In this document: one piece after another, positions 46,889 through 59,799 of the stretch | Layout: every line of letters starts with the position of its first letter | Numbering within the stretch: the stretch's first letter is position 1 | Assembly: GCF_000143415.4 (NCBI RefSeq) | Contig: NW_003314321.1 | Location: 310,001-374,000 of the forward strand | Length of the DNA: 64,000 nucleotides | Source of the DNA: Selaginella moellendorffii | Taxonomy: Eukaryota > Plantae > Lycopodiophyta | Direction: 5' to 3' | The notes under the pieces: generated by a model | What the model saw: the letters and a program-made list of their open reading frames with translations, nothing else | What the model was told of the DNA's origin: nothing | Database searches by the model: none | Made by a program: the position numbers and the translations under genes

Positions 46889-48975
46889 CTAGCTAGCAAA
46901 GCGTTCCAGTGCTCGTGGCAAAGGCTCCTCTCGTTCCTTCACGAGAGCTCCTTTCGTTTGCTTTTGCTGCTGCTGCTGCTCGCGAATTATCGATCGCTTC
47001 GTGCCGAAAGCCTCCAATTGTTTCTTCGCCATTCTCTTGCCAACTTTGTTCCGGCCTTTGGTCTTGCGCTTGGCCTTCTTCTGGCCTTGGATCTTCTTCG
47101 ACTCGTCCTCCTCTTCTTCCTGCTCCCGCAAGTTCTTCCGGGGGTTCTTGTCCACCGCTCCAAACTTCTGAGGATCCAGCATGATCGTCTGCGGCTGGAG
47201 CTTGTCCAGGAGCGCGTGGACCTCCGCTTCGTGCCGCTGCTTCACTGTCTGGAAAGGATTCGCCACGAAGCTGTCGAAGTTTGGCTCTCCCGAGCCGGGG
47301 ACGAGAATGGATGTCACTCCCCCTGTGTGACCAATCCCAACCACGTCTTCGTATGGACAGAAGCTCAAATCCTGGATGGTCGAGTTCTGGAAGAGCCTGT
47401 GCTTCATGTATGGCTTTTCCTGCTTGACTTGAAACGCATCCTTCCAGATCTCGATCGTGGAGCCACTGCCGACCGCGAGCAAGCCTTTCTGGCTTACGTC
47501 TAGCGACTTGGTCGACTGAAACGCCATGTAGGAATGAAGAGCCTGCATCTTTCGTATGTCCCAGACTTTGATCCTCGCGTCTGCGCCTGCTGTTACCATA
47601 TAGCTCCCTCCCATGTCGAATGCCGTGGAAGTCACAGCGCCTCTGTGACACAGCATCCTCACCAAAGGTGTACCCATGTTTGGAGTCCACAGAGTCACTG
47701 TCCCGTTGCTGTGGCCCAGGCTCACGACGGCATTGTAAGGATTCGCTCGAAGAACACGGCAAGGTCCCAGTCTCGTAGAGTAATTTGCCACTATCTGACC
47801 CGTGCTTGTGTCCTGGTAGTGAAGGACTCCGGCCTTGTTGGTGCTGACTAGGAGAAAGTGGTGTCGAAGGAACTCCAGTTTCAGTGGAGCTACAAATTCC
47901 TGCAGCAGAACAAGCATCGATACTTTTGCATGTAAGTTTGATCTACTTACCTTTAGGCAGTGGACTTCAGCGCCCTTTTTATCGTAGATGTAAATATATC
48001 TACAAAGAAAAATGAAATCCACGCAAACGTAACAAAGCACTTACTTGCTCTGAGCAGCAGCAAAAAACTGCTCGTTGTGCAGGAACTTGATATCGCGTGT
48101 AGTCTCTTTCACTTGAGTTTCCATCATGAGATACTTAGTTTTCCAATCGATCACGGCAAGGTGTCCTTTCCGGCCGCCAATAAGCGCATATCGACCACTG
48201 TGAGTGTAATCTATCGTGTAAGGACCCAAGTCTGCAGCAGAAAAAGGAAGAAACAAACCAATAGCTGACGGGAGAAAAAGATTATTTGCAAACCTGGAAG
48301 TCTGAGATCAAACGCTTTGTGCGCGCTTGAAATATCAACGTTCTTCACGATATCTTCTTGAGTGTAGTCATAGGTATTTTCTCCATCGTCCGCCTCTAAA
48401 GCTCCACCTTCGCTCGGTAGAAGCCACTGAAGAAAGCACAACGTTAAAGCTAGAAATGTATCAAAAGATGGATCAAAAGAGTAGAAGAAAAAAAAAACCT
48501 TACTTGCTCTACTTTCGCGGCTGTAAGAGCAGATTTCTCAAACAAATCTTCTTTGGTTTTGAGCTGAGACTTGAGCTTCTTGTCTTTCAATCCCTGCGAA
48601 CCAAGAATTTTAGCCAAGTAGCATCACAGAAAATAATTTCCATCTTACTTTCACGGAGAGTCGTTCTCCCCGATTGTATTTCCTGATTTTCGGCTTGATA
48701 GTGTCGGTGTTCTCATTGCTTTGAGGAAGCTGCAAAGGCAAAGATCAATCACAACCTCTAGAGCTACAATAAATCCACGCACTGCTTTCACTTTGGCTTC
48801 AATCAATCGCTTCTCGACGTCGGGATCCAATTCCTTGCGCTGCTTCTTCGGCCCCTCATCCGATTTCTAAGAAGAAACGATTGATCAGAGCGAGCAGAGC
48901 TGCGAAACCACTCACATTCTCATCGCTATCGCCGACCTCGAAGAAGCGCTTGTGTTTGCCGCCAGGCGCAACCAT
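46889..48975 (-). CDS. WDR46: WD-repeat U3 snoRNP/SSU processome protein WDR46/Utp7 (BING4CT)
   Basis: WLLPSEGGALE, LGPYTIDY, GGRKGHLA, LGHSNGTVTLW, FCPYEDVVGIGH, ILVPGSGEPNFDS...NPF and EVHALLDKLQP. First exon inferred as MVAPGGKHKRFFEVGDSDEN|GTGAGT. Confidence 0.93.
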
Positions 48976-49022
48976 TTCCCTCGCATAAACCCTAAATCCT
49001 CCTTCCTGCCCTAAAAGAGAAA

Positions 49023-50274
49023 ATGGCGCCCATCGCTAAGCGGAGCTTGAGCTTCGCGATCGCTGTCGCTACGCCGGAGAGAATCACGAAGAAGCCGCGG
49101 GCGCGGGAAGAATGGCGGAGCCTCAGCGTTCCTCCAGTGGAGCTCAATCTCGCCCTCACGCTCCTCACAGGTCAGACATTCTTGTGGAAGCAAACAAGTC
49201 CCGGCGTGTTCACGGGAGCTCTGGGGCCTCACCTCGTCTCGCTCCGGCAGACGCCGCAGGACACACTCTATCGCGTCCACACGGAATTTCCAGGCGCCAA
49301 GGAGGCGCTGCGAGAATTCTTTACGCTGGATACGTCGCTGGCAACTCTGTGGAGCTCTTTCAGTGCCGCGGACGAGCGATTTGCTGCTGTGGCTCCCTAC
49401 ATTCAAGGGGCGAGAGTGCTGAGGCAGGATCCCGTGGAATGCGTCTTCCAGTTTATATGCTCCTCCAACAATCACATCCAGAGGATAACGAAGATGGTGG
49501 ATTTTCTCGCTACTCAGGGCTCTCCGCTTGGCTGCGTGGATGGACAATCCTTCTTCCAGTTCCCGTCGCTCGAGCAACTATCGTTCCTCACCGAGAAACA
49601 ACTTAGAGACGCTGGGTTTGGATACAGGTTTCCTTCTTTTCTCTTCTTTGTAGCAAAGATGGTGGCTTCTTCTTTGTTTCTAACTCTTTCTTGTAGAGCC
49701 AAGTATATTGTAGGAGCCGTGGAGACCCTGCGTTCCAAGGAAAGTGGTGGTGATGAATGGCTGAAGTCCTTAAGAGAAGGATCGCTAGAACAGGCGACTG
49801 CTGCACTGTGTACACTCCCTGGAATCGGTCCCAAGGTCGCAGCATGCGTGTCGCTGTTTTCGCTTGACAAACACGACGCCATTCCAGTTGACACTCACGT
49901 ATGGCAGGTACATGTTTACATAGTTTTTCGTTCGTGCAATCGTTGCTGCACGAACACAAGACTGGTTCCAACAAAACACAGTTCTTGTGAAGTTTTCTTC
50001 AAAGTCTTTGCTAATTATCTTTGTTCTTTGACAGATTGCCGTGCAATATCTCAAACCCGAGCTCGCCGGACAACGCCTCACATCCAAAATGCACAGCGCC
50101 GTGGCGCAGGCGTTTGTAAGCCGTTTCGGAGCGTACGCTGGCTGGGCTCACGCTGTTCTGTTCATTGCGGAGCTGTCTTCGCATCAAAAGCTTCTTCCAT
50201 CACATTTACATACTCAGAGGAGGCCACGAACGAGTAAAAACAGCAAGCGCAACGAAGATGTTGTTTCTTTGTAA
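49023..50274 (+). CDS. OGG1: 8-oxoguanine DNA glycosylase/AP lyase, 3 exons
   Basis: LTGQTFLW, RVLRQDPVEC, ICSSNNHIQRI, GFGYRAKY, HhH-GPD motif LPGIGPKVAACVSLFSLDKHDAIPVDTHVWQ, and FGAYAGWAH. Confidence 0.96.
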
Positions 50275-50485
50275 AATGGTAAAACACCCTCACTTCCTTG
50301 CTGGTCTTCGGTTTTCTCACAGCGCTTTCTTTCACAGCTTTTTTCCAGCAGTTGCAAACTAAAACAAAGACACTTATTTCTACTGAATACTGGTAATGTT
50401 TTGCACTTTGCGGGCGCAATGCTAAGATGCTTATGTTTCCGTTTTTCCTTAAGGATTGAAGACGGTGATAACAAATGAATAGCTC

Positions 50486-50990
50486 AGGTCCTTGGTACAG
50501 AACACAGGTCCAAAGTTTGCTGCATGCGCCTCGCTATTCTCGCTTGACAAGCACCACGCCGTTGCATTTTGACGCTCGCCTGCCAGGTTCGCTCTCACAC
50601 ACATTTTAAACTTATCGCTTCGTTGGTCAAGCAGCCGGCAACGTCCTTTGATGAGCAATGAGAGTGGCACAAAGACTGTGGCTTTCAGGGGAATCTAAGC
50701 TATCAAAGTCGTTCAGGCTCTCGGTCACGGTCATTCTCTTTTCTCTTTTTCTTTCGCTTTTCTTTCTTCCAAACATTCGAACTTCGCTGATACTCCGTTC
50801 TGTTTTGGTGTCTTTGACAGATTGGTTCGCTCGTCTTGAAGCCAACGCTGGCAAGTTCTATTCATTGCGGAGCTGTCTCGGCATCAGAAGCTTCTTCCTT
50901 CACACTTACAAACCCAGAGGAGGACGGGACGAGTAAAAGCAGCAAGCGACACAAAGCTGTATCTTCGTCGTAAAAAACCACACCACACCA
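50486..50990 (+). pseudogene. Eroded tandem duplicate of the OGG1 3' half
   Basis: 50507-50590 ~ 49826-49910 and 50810-50975 ~ 50025-50275, with deletions and frameshifts. Confidence 0.85.
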
Positions 50991-51483
50991 CTACCATCAG
51001 TCATCGGTACTCTAAACATCTCTTTTCTTTCGCTCGCCCGCATTGCTTTCCCGCATAACAATTGGTATTAAACTCGTTTGTTTTGCAGCTCTCTCAAAGC
51101 AGTGGCCTTCGAGAAACTTTGCCTCGGGATACCAAAGCTTCCAGGCCGTGCCGAGAGCGCACTGGCCGTATATTCCCACGCACGCCATGGCCCGTGACGT
51201 CGTACGGAACAACGATTTTGGCGAAAGCGACTTGGTTTTTGAGTGAGCCACCCGTTGACATTCTACATTCCTTCTGACTATGCTGTTGTGTGTGTATGCT
51301 TGTACAGGCGGCCAGCTATACATACACACACACACACGTATACGCATACGCATACGCTCCAAGCAGTGCTATCCTTTTCCTCTCGCTCTCTCTCGGGCAG
51401 CCAAAGAGGAGGCTTTGATGGTTTCTCCCCTCTCCTCACTGCCTCTCAGCACTTCCTTCTTTTCTTTCTCCTCTTCCACTTCA

Positions 51484-51814
51484 ATGCTGCTCACTTCCAG
51501 GCTCGTCTGGTTTCTCCTTCTCTTGCAGCTCGTTTGCTCGTCCAGATCAGGTACTTCGAAAACATCTCTTGTTTCTCTAGCCTCACCTCGCGTCTTTTGC
51601 AGATCTCTTCTTCTCGCAAACTGGAGTAGCAGAGAGCACCGTGGCCTACGCTGAAGCCAGAGCGAGCAGTAGTAGCATCAATCGCAGCAATGATGCTGTT
51701 TGGAGGAGAATGGTAGAGGAGACAAGAACGCAGCAGGAGGAAGACATCGATTACATTTACTCGGGCTATGAAAGGCGGCCTCCTCGGACGCGCCGTTCTA
51801 GACATTTTCCTTAG
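51484..51814 (+). CDS. 92-aa secreted peptide precursor with a PSK-like DYIYSG motif (exons 51484-51550 and 51603-51814)
   Basis: Spliced product is MLLTSRLVWFLLLLQLVCSSRSDLFFSQTGVAESTVAYAEARASSSSINRSNDAVWRRMVEETRTQQEEDIDYIYSGYERRPPRTRRSRHFP*. The 52-nt GT-AG intron has a CTCAC branch-like site and a pyrimidine tract. Confidence 0.7.
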
Positions 51815-52392
51815 CAGCAGCTGCTGGAAGAAGCTGTAAGCGACTGAACGATGCTTTGTCTTTCAAGTCTCATCTTTGTGTCTTTTGTTTCCTTTGCAGA
51901 CTTTAGACCACTACATGCAGGCGCAGAAAGAATGTCATGGATTCATCTCGCTCCCTCCGGTTTTTTCCTCTCCATCTCTCTCTTGGAAATCTTTCGCAGG
52001 CCGCAGCGAGAGAGATCTCTCTTCCAAATTCCATGTCTCGCCGCTGGCCGTGGTGAAAGGACGTGAAGAAAAGACCGTGGCTTTTGTCGCCCTGTCTGGA
52101 AAAGGGAGCTCAAATTTCCTCGTCCATAGCTCTTTTCTTTAAGGACGCAGCCTTGAGCAAAATGCTGCCTAGCTAGACCTTTGTATTTGTATACTACTGC
52201 CAAAAAGGAGGCATATTTTTTAATTTTTTTCTATGCTTTGAAAAGACCAGCTATTTTTTGTTAAGCAGATTTAATTAACTTAATCATAAATTCTTAAAAC
52301 AACATAGTCGTGTTTGACCTAGGGCGGGAAAGAAAAGTAAAGGTTGAGAAGCCCTGATTGATTCACTAGATCTGATTGAGCTGGAGTAGGCG

Positions 52393-54636
52393 ATGGATCT
52401 GGATTCGTGGTTTGGAGTGGCCAGCGCTCTCGCCACGCATCCGGTGGCCGTCGCGATCCAGATCCAGGTAAGTGACTCCTTGATTCAATGTGCATTGCCA
52501 ATGCTCTTCCAGGGATGCGTCATTTACTTGGCGCTGGCGATGGGCTGGGCATTCGCGACGATGATAAGGTCAGTGATTGATGGTCTTTTGCGCAATGGAT
52601 TCTCGTGCGGTGGGGATTGACATTGCCAGCATTGGATTCTATAGGGGGCGGGAGCTCGCGAAAATGAAGAGGGCGCAACGAAATGGAAATAGTCTTGCAT
52701 TTCTCAACGTTGATGTGGAGAGTTTCGAGCATGGTGCTCAAGCGATGCTACCACGCGTGACTGTGGTGATGCCCGTCAAGGGATTCGGCGAACACACGAT
52801 TAGAAATTGGCGGAGCCAGGTAGAAAATCATGCTCTTCGCTCCTTGGTTTTCTAGTGCTAATTTTTCTTTCTTTTTTCTAGCTTATATCGTTGTATGGAG
52901 GCCCGCTCGAGTTTATCATCGTCGTCGAGAGCATGAAAGATCCAGCTTATGCGGCGATATCAAAGTTGATCTATGAGCTCAAGGTATCGTATCCTTCTTT
53001 TCCTTGAACTTGTGAGAAGATTTTATCGCGCATGCTGACACTTGCAGGATGATGTCCTGGCAAAAGTTTTGGTAGCCGGCTTGTCCGCAACTTGCAGCCA
53101 GAAAATTCACAACCAGCTGGTAAGTTCGTCGTCTTCACAGAATGTTTCCTTAAAAGAAAATCTTCGTGTTTGGTTTTAAAGGCTGGAATTTCTGCCATGC
53201 ACAAGGAGAGCAAATACGTTCTCTTTCTGGACGACGACGTGCAGCTTCACCCCGGCACAGTCGGAGCGCTCGTTGATAAAATGACTCCGGAGGTAATTTG
53301 AGCTCATGTTTTCCGTCTGGATCGTCACCAGGCGTGCAGATTTTTGTTCTCACAGGCTATCCGTTTGACATACCGTCTGGAAGCCTCGGAAGCTATTGCA
53401 TATATGAGTACCATATGGTAAACACTTTGAAAACTTTGCTCTCCAGATACTGATATCAAGACGATTATCAGCCCTGTTCAATTGGTTTTGCGACCGGTGG
53501 AAGAACTTTCTTTTTGTGGGGCGGATGCATGATGGTATACCGAGATTCTCAAGTTTTCTCGGAGGGTTTAACAAGTGATGTTTTAATTCTAGATGCATGC
53601 AGAAGATTTCCGTCAAGATCGTTATAATATGGTGACAGGGCTGCGAAATGGTGGCTATTCCGACGACATGACTCTTGCTGCTGTGGCCGGTAACAAAAAA
53701 AACAAGAAAAATCGCGAGTTTTGTTTTGATACGTGAAACTGATGGTCGCAGGTGCACATCATCGAGTAATCAGCTCACCTCCCGTGGCTGTGTTCTTCCA
53801 TCCACTGTCTCAAAACTTAAGCTTTTCGAGGTGATAGTTTAGTTTTGAGATGGTGTTAACGGTGCGCTCTCCTTTCTCGCAGGTACTGGAACTATTTGCG
53901 AAAGCAGACATTTGTTCTGGAGTCCTACAACTCGCAAGTTAACTGGCTTATGAACCGGGCATTGTTCTTCTCGCATTGTTGGCTGTCGTGGAGTTTCGTA
54001 GCTCCATACGTGCTCGTGATCGCGCAACTGGCCGTGGCATTCAGAGCGATGCTTTGTCCATCTCCGGATGCAGCTATATTGTACAGGACAGGTTTGTCTT
54101 CTGTCCCATTCACTCACGGATCACCTTTTTTATTTTATTTTTATCTTCTGGCAGGACTTGTGATGGCTGGGATTGTAGCCATTTGCTCCGTGATTGAGTC
54201 ACTGTCGTTGCAGCGTCTCTCGGCCGTGATAATAAGTCTCTGCAACGAGCTATCTCCTGAAAAGCCGCCAGTGTCCATCAAGACTTACAACTGGTTTATG
54301 GTGAGCACAACTTTCAAAGAAAACTATCATACAGATCAGTGCCTTGTCTTTGACAGGTTTTTGTTGCAATGGTCGTGGACAATTTTCTCTATCCCGTGTC
54401 TGCTGTCTATTCTCACTGGTCTCAGTTCATCGACTGGGCCGGAGTACGGTACCATTTACGACACGGCAAAGTATACCAGGTCGGACGCCCTATCCTTTCT
54501 CTTTGTTCCCTTTGGCTGATCGGTCAAAGCTTGCTTACAGATTGAAAGACCATCTTTGTTAGCTGAAAGGCAGGCGTCCGTGAAGAAAACGAAAACCAAA
54601 GCCTTTCCACACAAAAAACACTTGTGGTGCCAATAA
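52393..54636 (+). CDS. GCS: Glucosylceramide synthase (GT21), multi-exon
   Basis: HPVAVAIQIQGC, LPRVTVVMPVKGFGEH, SLYGGPLEF, CSQKIHNQL, KYVLFLDDDV, GGYSDDMTL, YWNYLRKQTFVLESY and IDWAGVRY. Confidence 0.92.
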
Positions 54637-54744
54637 CAACGAATACTATTGATTCATTCTTTGATTATTTCTCGACGCGGCCATAAACATGAGGTGAATG
54701 GAAGCTGGATTTTTTCTGTATATCAATTGCTTCTCACTGCTATT

Positions 54745-56685
54745 TCAGCTCCAGTATGGTGTTGATTCTTCGGGACTTTCAAGCGAAGATCCCGTGAGCT
54801 GCAAAGCACTCTCGAAGAAGCCACTCCACTGCGTGGGAGGTTCCACAAGCGGAGGAGCAAACTGGTTGATGATGTCCCTGAGCGTGATGACTCCCACGAT
54901 GCAAAGCTTGTCATCCACCACGAAACTCCTATCGCTCCTGGCATGGACAAGCTTCTCCATGGTCTGTTTGAGCGTGTCCCCGGCCTTAGACTTGACAGGA
55001 TCCAGCATTCTTGGAAGAGCTATGGTCCCCAGGCTCAGTGTTCCCGCACATATCGATGCGCCGATCTCTTCTTGCAAAGGTACATCGTTGCTGAGCACGT
55101 CACTCTGGTTCCATTCTGCTTCCACCTCCATGTACTTCTCCACCGTGAGCGTTCTAGACAAACAACGAAGTAGAAACGTTGAATAGTAGTTTTCCATACC
55201 TTCTTTGATGAAAGAGCTCGGGTTTTTCGATCATGAGCAGCACATCCGTGCCTCGAACATTTCCAATGAGACGCCTGCTCTCTCTCTCCACAACAGGGAC
55301 GCTACTTATCCTGAACTTCCACATTGTTGTCATTGCGTCTAGAATCACGTCGTCGTGATTAACGCAGACAACCTCTGATGCTCCAAGTCCTAGTTGTGCT
55401 CTGTCAGAAAAACAAGAGCCTGGTTTAGAAAAAACTTGAATAAATGTTCCTGTTGAGCATACCTCAACTTTCTGACAGTTTCATTTACATTGCTCAAGCA
55501 ACCCAGTCGACTGAACGCATATATTGATTTACGCACGCAAGAAGGCAGCACCAGGCAACATGGGATGCAAAAGAGAAAGAAAAATCGACTACATACCGTA
55601 GCTCCGTGAGAGGCTTATTCGCAATAGTATCAAACCAAGTGAGTCCACTACATTGAAGAAGCAGCTGTACTGCAGCGTTCTGGAAAGAAAAGAAAAGAAT
55701 AGTGCCGACTCAAAAGACATTGTTCTCAATTACCTGGGTGACGAAGCCTCTTACTAATCGATCTTGACTATCGATCACCGGGACAGCTTTAAGCCTGTGT
55801 CTAGACAGTAGCAGCAATACGTGCAAGAGTGTATCATCGTGCTTAACCGGTAGAAATGGTCCCCAGCGAAACGACTGTGCTAGAGTTCCCAACTACACAC
55901 AGGCACAAATAAGTTTTTATCGGTTCATTAACAAAATCGAGATTACCTGGAAATTTATACCTTTGCAGATTTGACAGCATCGAGCTGTTGAATCAAGTCA
56001 AGAAATCCGGACTGCACAAATTTTGCTCCCATTCCGCCTTCATCCTTTTCACTGTATTCCTTGTCCTTGGCCTGTGACGCAGTTTTGGTTCGTTGAGTGA
56101 TCACTAATCCTGCCACCTCTGCTTGTCTCTCCTCGACCTCTAGCTCCTGAGAAAAAAGGAAGTCATAAGTTGGCCAAAAGGAACAAAAAGAGAAGAAGTG
56201 ACAAACCTGAAGAGCCCAAAGCACCATCCCTGAAAAATCCACGAGTCCAATGTATTTATCAGCCAGTGGTGAATTTACTGGCAATCGATCGTCTCGCACA
56301 GGTGCGCCTAAAAGCTTGTTTTTGTACAGGCATGTGATCGCCGAAACCATCGTGTCACTGGCTTCAAGCTCCACCACTGTAGCCACGAACCAAAAAGAAG
56401 AAAAAGAAACAAACAGGGACCAAGAAAAAAATAAAAATGTAAGAGACCGTTCTAGGCATGCGACAAACACAAACATGAAACCATACCTCTATCGTTATCA
56501 ATCCCTGGGATGGAGAACAAAGGGACCCGATCAAAGAAAACCTTGAGAGCTTCAGTAGGCTCCAAGCTGCTGTTCTCGGTATCTGTTCTCGATCCCGCTT
56601 CAATGGAGTGGATTACCGCCTCCTTCTTGTTCTCCAGGCTAGAATCGCCGTCTGCGACGAGCTCCTCGAGCGTCTTGATGTCCAT
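54745..56685 (-). CDS. CBS-domain SnRK1 regulatory subunit gamma-1-like protein, multi-exon
   Basis: FFDRVPLFSIPGI, YIGLVDFSGMVLW, SFRWGPFLPV, LLLLSRHRLKAVPV, ISSVPVVE and VGVITLRDII...FAPP. Confidence 0.9.
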
Positions 56686-56936
56686 GGCTCGAAATCGGTC
56701 GAAATGCTGCCGCAATCTGGAGGATCGCCAGGCAATCGCGTGAGTGATCCATCTAGCAACAAGAAACTTACTCGCTTAGATCCTTGGATCGCTCATCCAG
56801 CGCCTAAAGACCCGCAGCAATTGCCCCAAGTGACATGTGGACAAAGTCGCCCTAGATTATATTCCGAAATAACGGCTACGAGATGGACGGACAGGATCGA
56901 AGCACGGGGGATAAGATTTAGGGTTCTAGCTGAGCG

Positions 56937-58635
56937 ATGCTCGCTGCTGAGGCGTTCGCGAGCGATGGATGGCGATTTCCTCACAGGGAGTGTGGATTTC
57001 CGCGCAGCAGGCGGAGGATTTACTGCGTCGCGGTGAGGGCCGCCGTGAGGGAGGAGGATGATCAAGAGAAGCCGCAGGAGAAGACGATATTTGTTTTGTC
57101 CGAGAAGCCCAATCGAAGAGCTGCGGTGGAGGAGGTCGTGAAGCGGGCTAATCGCGAGAGTCTTGCGGATGAGATTATCCACCAGGAGGAGGATGGGGAG
57201 AATGTCGCGCACGACGGCATGAAAGTCGCGGCCGATCATCGCAGTGGTAATTCTTTCTTGGATTTCTTGCTCTCTTTCGTGGCTGATTGCTCCAAATTCC
57301 AAGCAGGATATGTTGCGCTCATAGGAAAACCGAATGTGGGAAAGAGCACCCTTCTCAATGGTATCATTGGACAAAAGCTTTCCATTGTCACAGCAAAGCC
57401 GCAAACAACACGCCATCGAATTCTGGGAATTTGCTCTGGTCCCAACTATCAAGTGAGTCTCTTGTTCTTTCTTTTTTTTCTCGTGCGTGTGTTCTTGGCT
57501 GCTATATCGACTGATGGTTTTTTGGTTTGTGCTCTCCTCTCAGATGATACTGTATGATACGCCTGGAGTGATCACAAAACAAATGCACAAGCTCGACGAA
57601 TTGATGATGAAAAGTGTGCGAAGCGCCACTATCAATTCCGATTGCCTCCTCCTGATCGCGGATATTTGCCATCCTCCTGAGCAAGTAAGTTACAGTCTGT
57701 TCTTACAAAAACATGACTCCTCTCCTGCTCGCTCTCTCAGGTTCTTGGGACTCTGGATGAAGGTGCTGTCAATCTCATAAAATCCAAGCCAACGCTCCTG
57801 GTGCTCAACAAGAAAGACAAAGTGAAGCAAAGCGAGATACAAAAGAAGCAAGAGGTACCGTTTGTTTGAATATGTCTGTGTGTTGAATTCTTGCAGTGTT
57901 TGTTCTGATAGCAGGCTTGTGAATGTTAGTGGTATGAGAAGAACAGCGGGATGGACGAGGTCATACCAGTGAGCGCCAAGTTTGGGCTTGGAATCGAAGA
58001 AGTGAAGCAGTGGCTGGTTTCCAAGCTTCCACTCGGCCCCGCATACTATCCACGGGTAAGGCTGGACTACTTCAGCGATTAGAGTAAGACTTCTATGCAG
58101 GATATTGTGAGCGAGCATCAAGAACGATTCTTTGTCTCGGAGATCTTCCGCGAGAAGATCTTTCAACTATATCGGGAGGAGATCCCATACTGTTCTCAGG
58201 TGATTTCGAATAAGTTTATTGCTTGCATCAAACTTCTCTTCTGTCTACCAGGTCAATGTAGTGCGCTACGTCGAAAGGGAAGCACCCGCAAAGGACTTTA
58301 TAGAGATCGAGATTTTAGTCGAGAAAGAGTCGCAGAAGGCAATTTTGCTGGGGAAGGTATGTGAAGAAAGAAAAATCCAGTCTGATCTCATTGAGTTCTT
58401 AAAGAATTTCAGGAAGGAAAGGCTTTAAAAACTCTGGCTACTGCTGCTCGTCTGGACATCGAGGATTTTGTTGATAGGAAATGCTACTTGGAGGTATTTG
58501 AGTTCATGTATTCCTTAATCTCTTATGACTTTGTCTTAGCAGATCAAAGTTAAAGTGAAGGAAGATTGGAGAAAGAACGAGGAGCTTTTGGAGCATTTTG
58601 GTTACTCTGGAAAAATTGCTAGTGCTTCATTATAA
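56937..58635 (+). CDS. ERA: Era-family GTPase, probably plastid-targeted, multi-exon
   Basis: G1 [10 protein letters not shown]2 PQTTRHRI, G3 DTPG, G4 NKKD, PVSA, and KH domain EIFREKI...EEIPY...SQKAILLGK. Stop at 58633-58635. Confidence 0.95.
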
Positions 58636-59799
58636 TCCTGGTTTAAGTTGAGTATATCCATTTAGAGTTTCATTTTCTTTATTATGTTTATTATTATTAG
58701 TATTAGCCCGAAACTAAATCCAATCTGATAAAAACTAAAGTCAAGAGAGGCAATATTGGATCCACAAGTAAGCAGTGTAATGCATTCTTACTTGTTCTTG
58801 CTTGACACTACTTATGCATAATTTTTGAAGGATTGCCACTTTATAAACTTGCCACCTTATTTGCCTAGCATGACACATGGGGTGGAGATGGTTTATCAAG
58901 TTTGATTTCGTATAATAGACGAAGTTTTGATTTGTCAACCATTTATTTGCATTTCAGACAAAGTTTGTTATAATAAAGTTGTGACCATTCTGAAGTGATG
59001 TATTGTATGCCAAAGTGGGGCAACATTCTCTTGGCAAAATGCAATGTCTAAATTAATTCATTAGACAGCTCTCTGATTGTGATGCATGTAGATGTCATTT
59101 TTGGTTTGGTCAGAAAATTATGAGCAGGCATTTATAAACCCATGACTAGTCCAATTTTAGTCTGATTATGCTTGTACTTTTGATCTTGCTAGTGACATTG
59201 GTCTTAACAGTGTTTTAATGCAAGAGAATATGAGTGTGCTTGCTAAACATCATCCAACTGCATACATTGGTTATACATTTTAGCCAATAAAGATAAATTA
59301 CTCCATAGCATAGAAGGATTAAGTGCTAATTGAGGGGAGAATTTGGTTGGCTTTATTATTTGTTAGGCTATGAAATTTCAAATTTACAAGTTTGAAATAC
59401 TTCATAGTAATGCTGCCATCTTCCCTCTCTTTTCCTTATGTTCTTGAGAAGTGAATTGTGATAGCATCAGTGAATTTTCTAGATGTTGTGCTTAAACATT
59501 GTCCAGATGATACCTTAAAAATACTTTTGAGCATGATGATAGATTGGTGTGTTTCTTTCCATATGAAAGGGCTTCCTTCTTGACATCTAAATGGTCATAA
59601 AAACAATCCTCACCAAGTAAAAAAAGTTGTCTTTTAAGGTGATATTAAGAATATATAAATATCAAAATAATAATTCATCAGAAAATTATGTAAAATTCTC
59701 AAATCTATGAAGCGTTTAAAAATACAACTTAACCTTTTAAGCCTCAAGATAATTTAGCTTTTCACCTCACTGAAGATTTTTTTTTTATAAATATAAAAA

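Noticed and set aside
46832-47503. 223-aa plus-strand ORF and other long antisense ORFs (e.g. 49011-49577, 56793-57452, 38088-38546)
   Set aside because: Shadows of GC-rich codon usage in genes on the opposite strand; no motifs of their own.
51240-51480. (CA)n/CT-rich stretch considered as a miRNA precursor
   Set aside because: No extended hairpin seen. Better explained as the promoter and 5' UTR of the peptide gene.
58740-59700. AT-rich, possibly decayed coding or TE sequence after Era
   Set aside because: No convincing domain motif or terminal repeat could be read.
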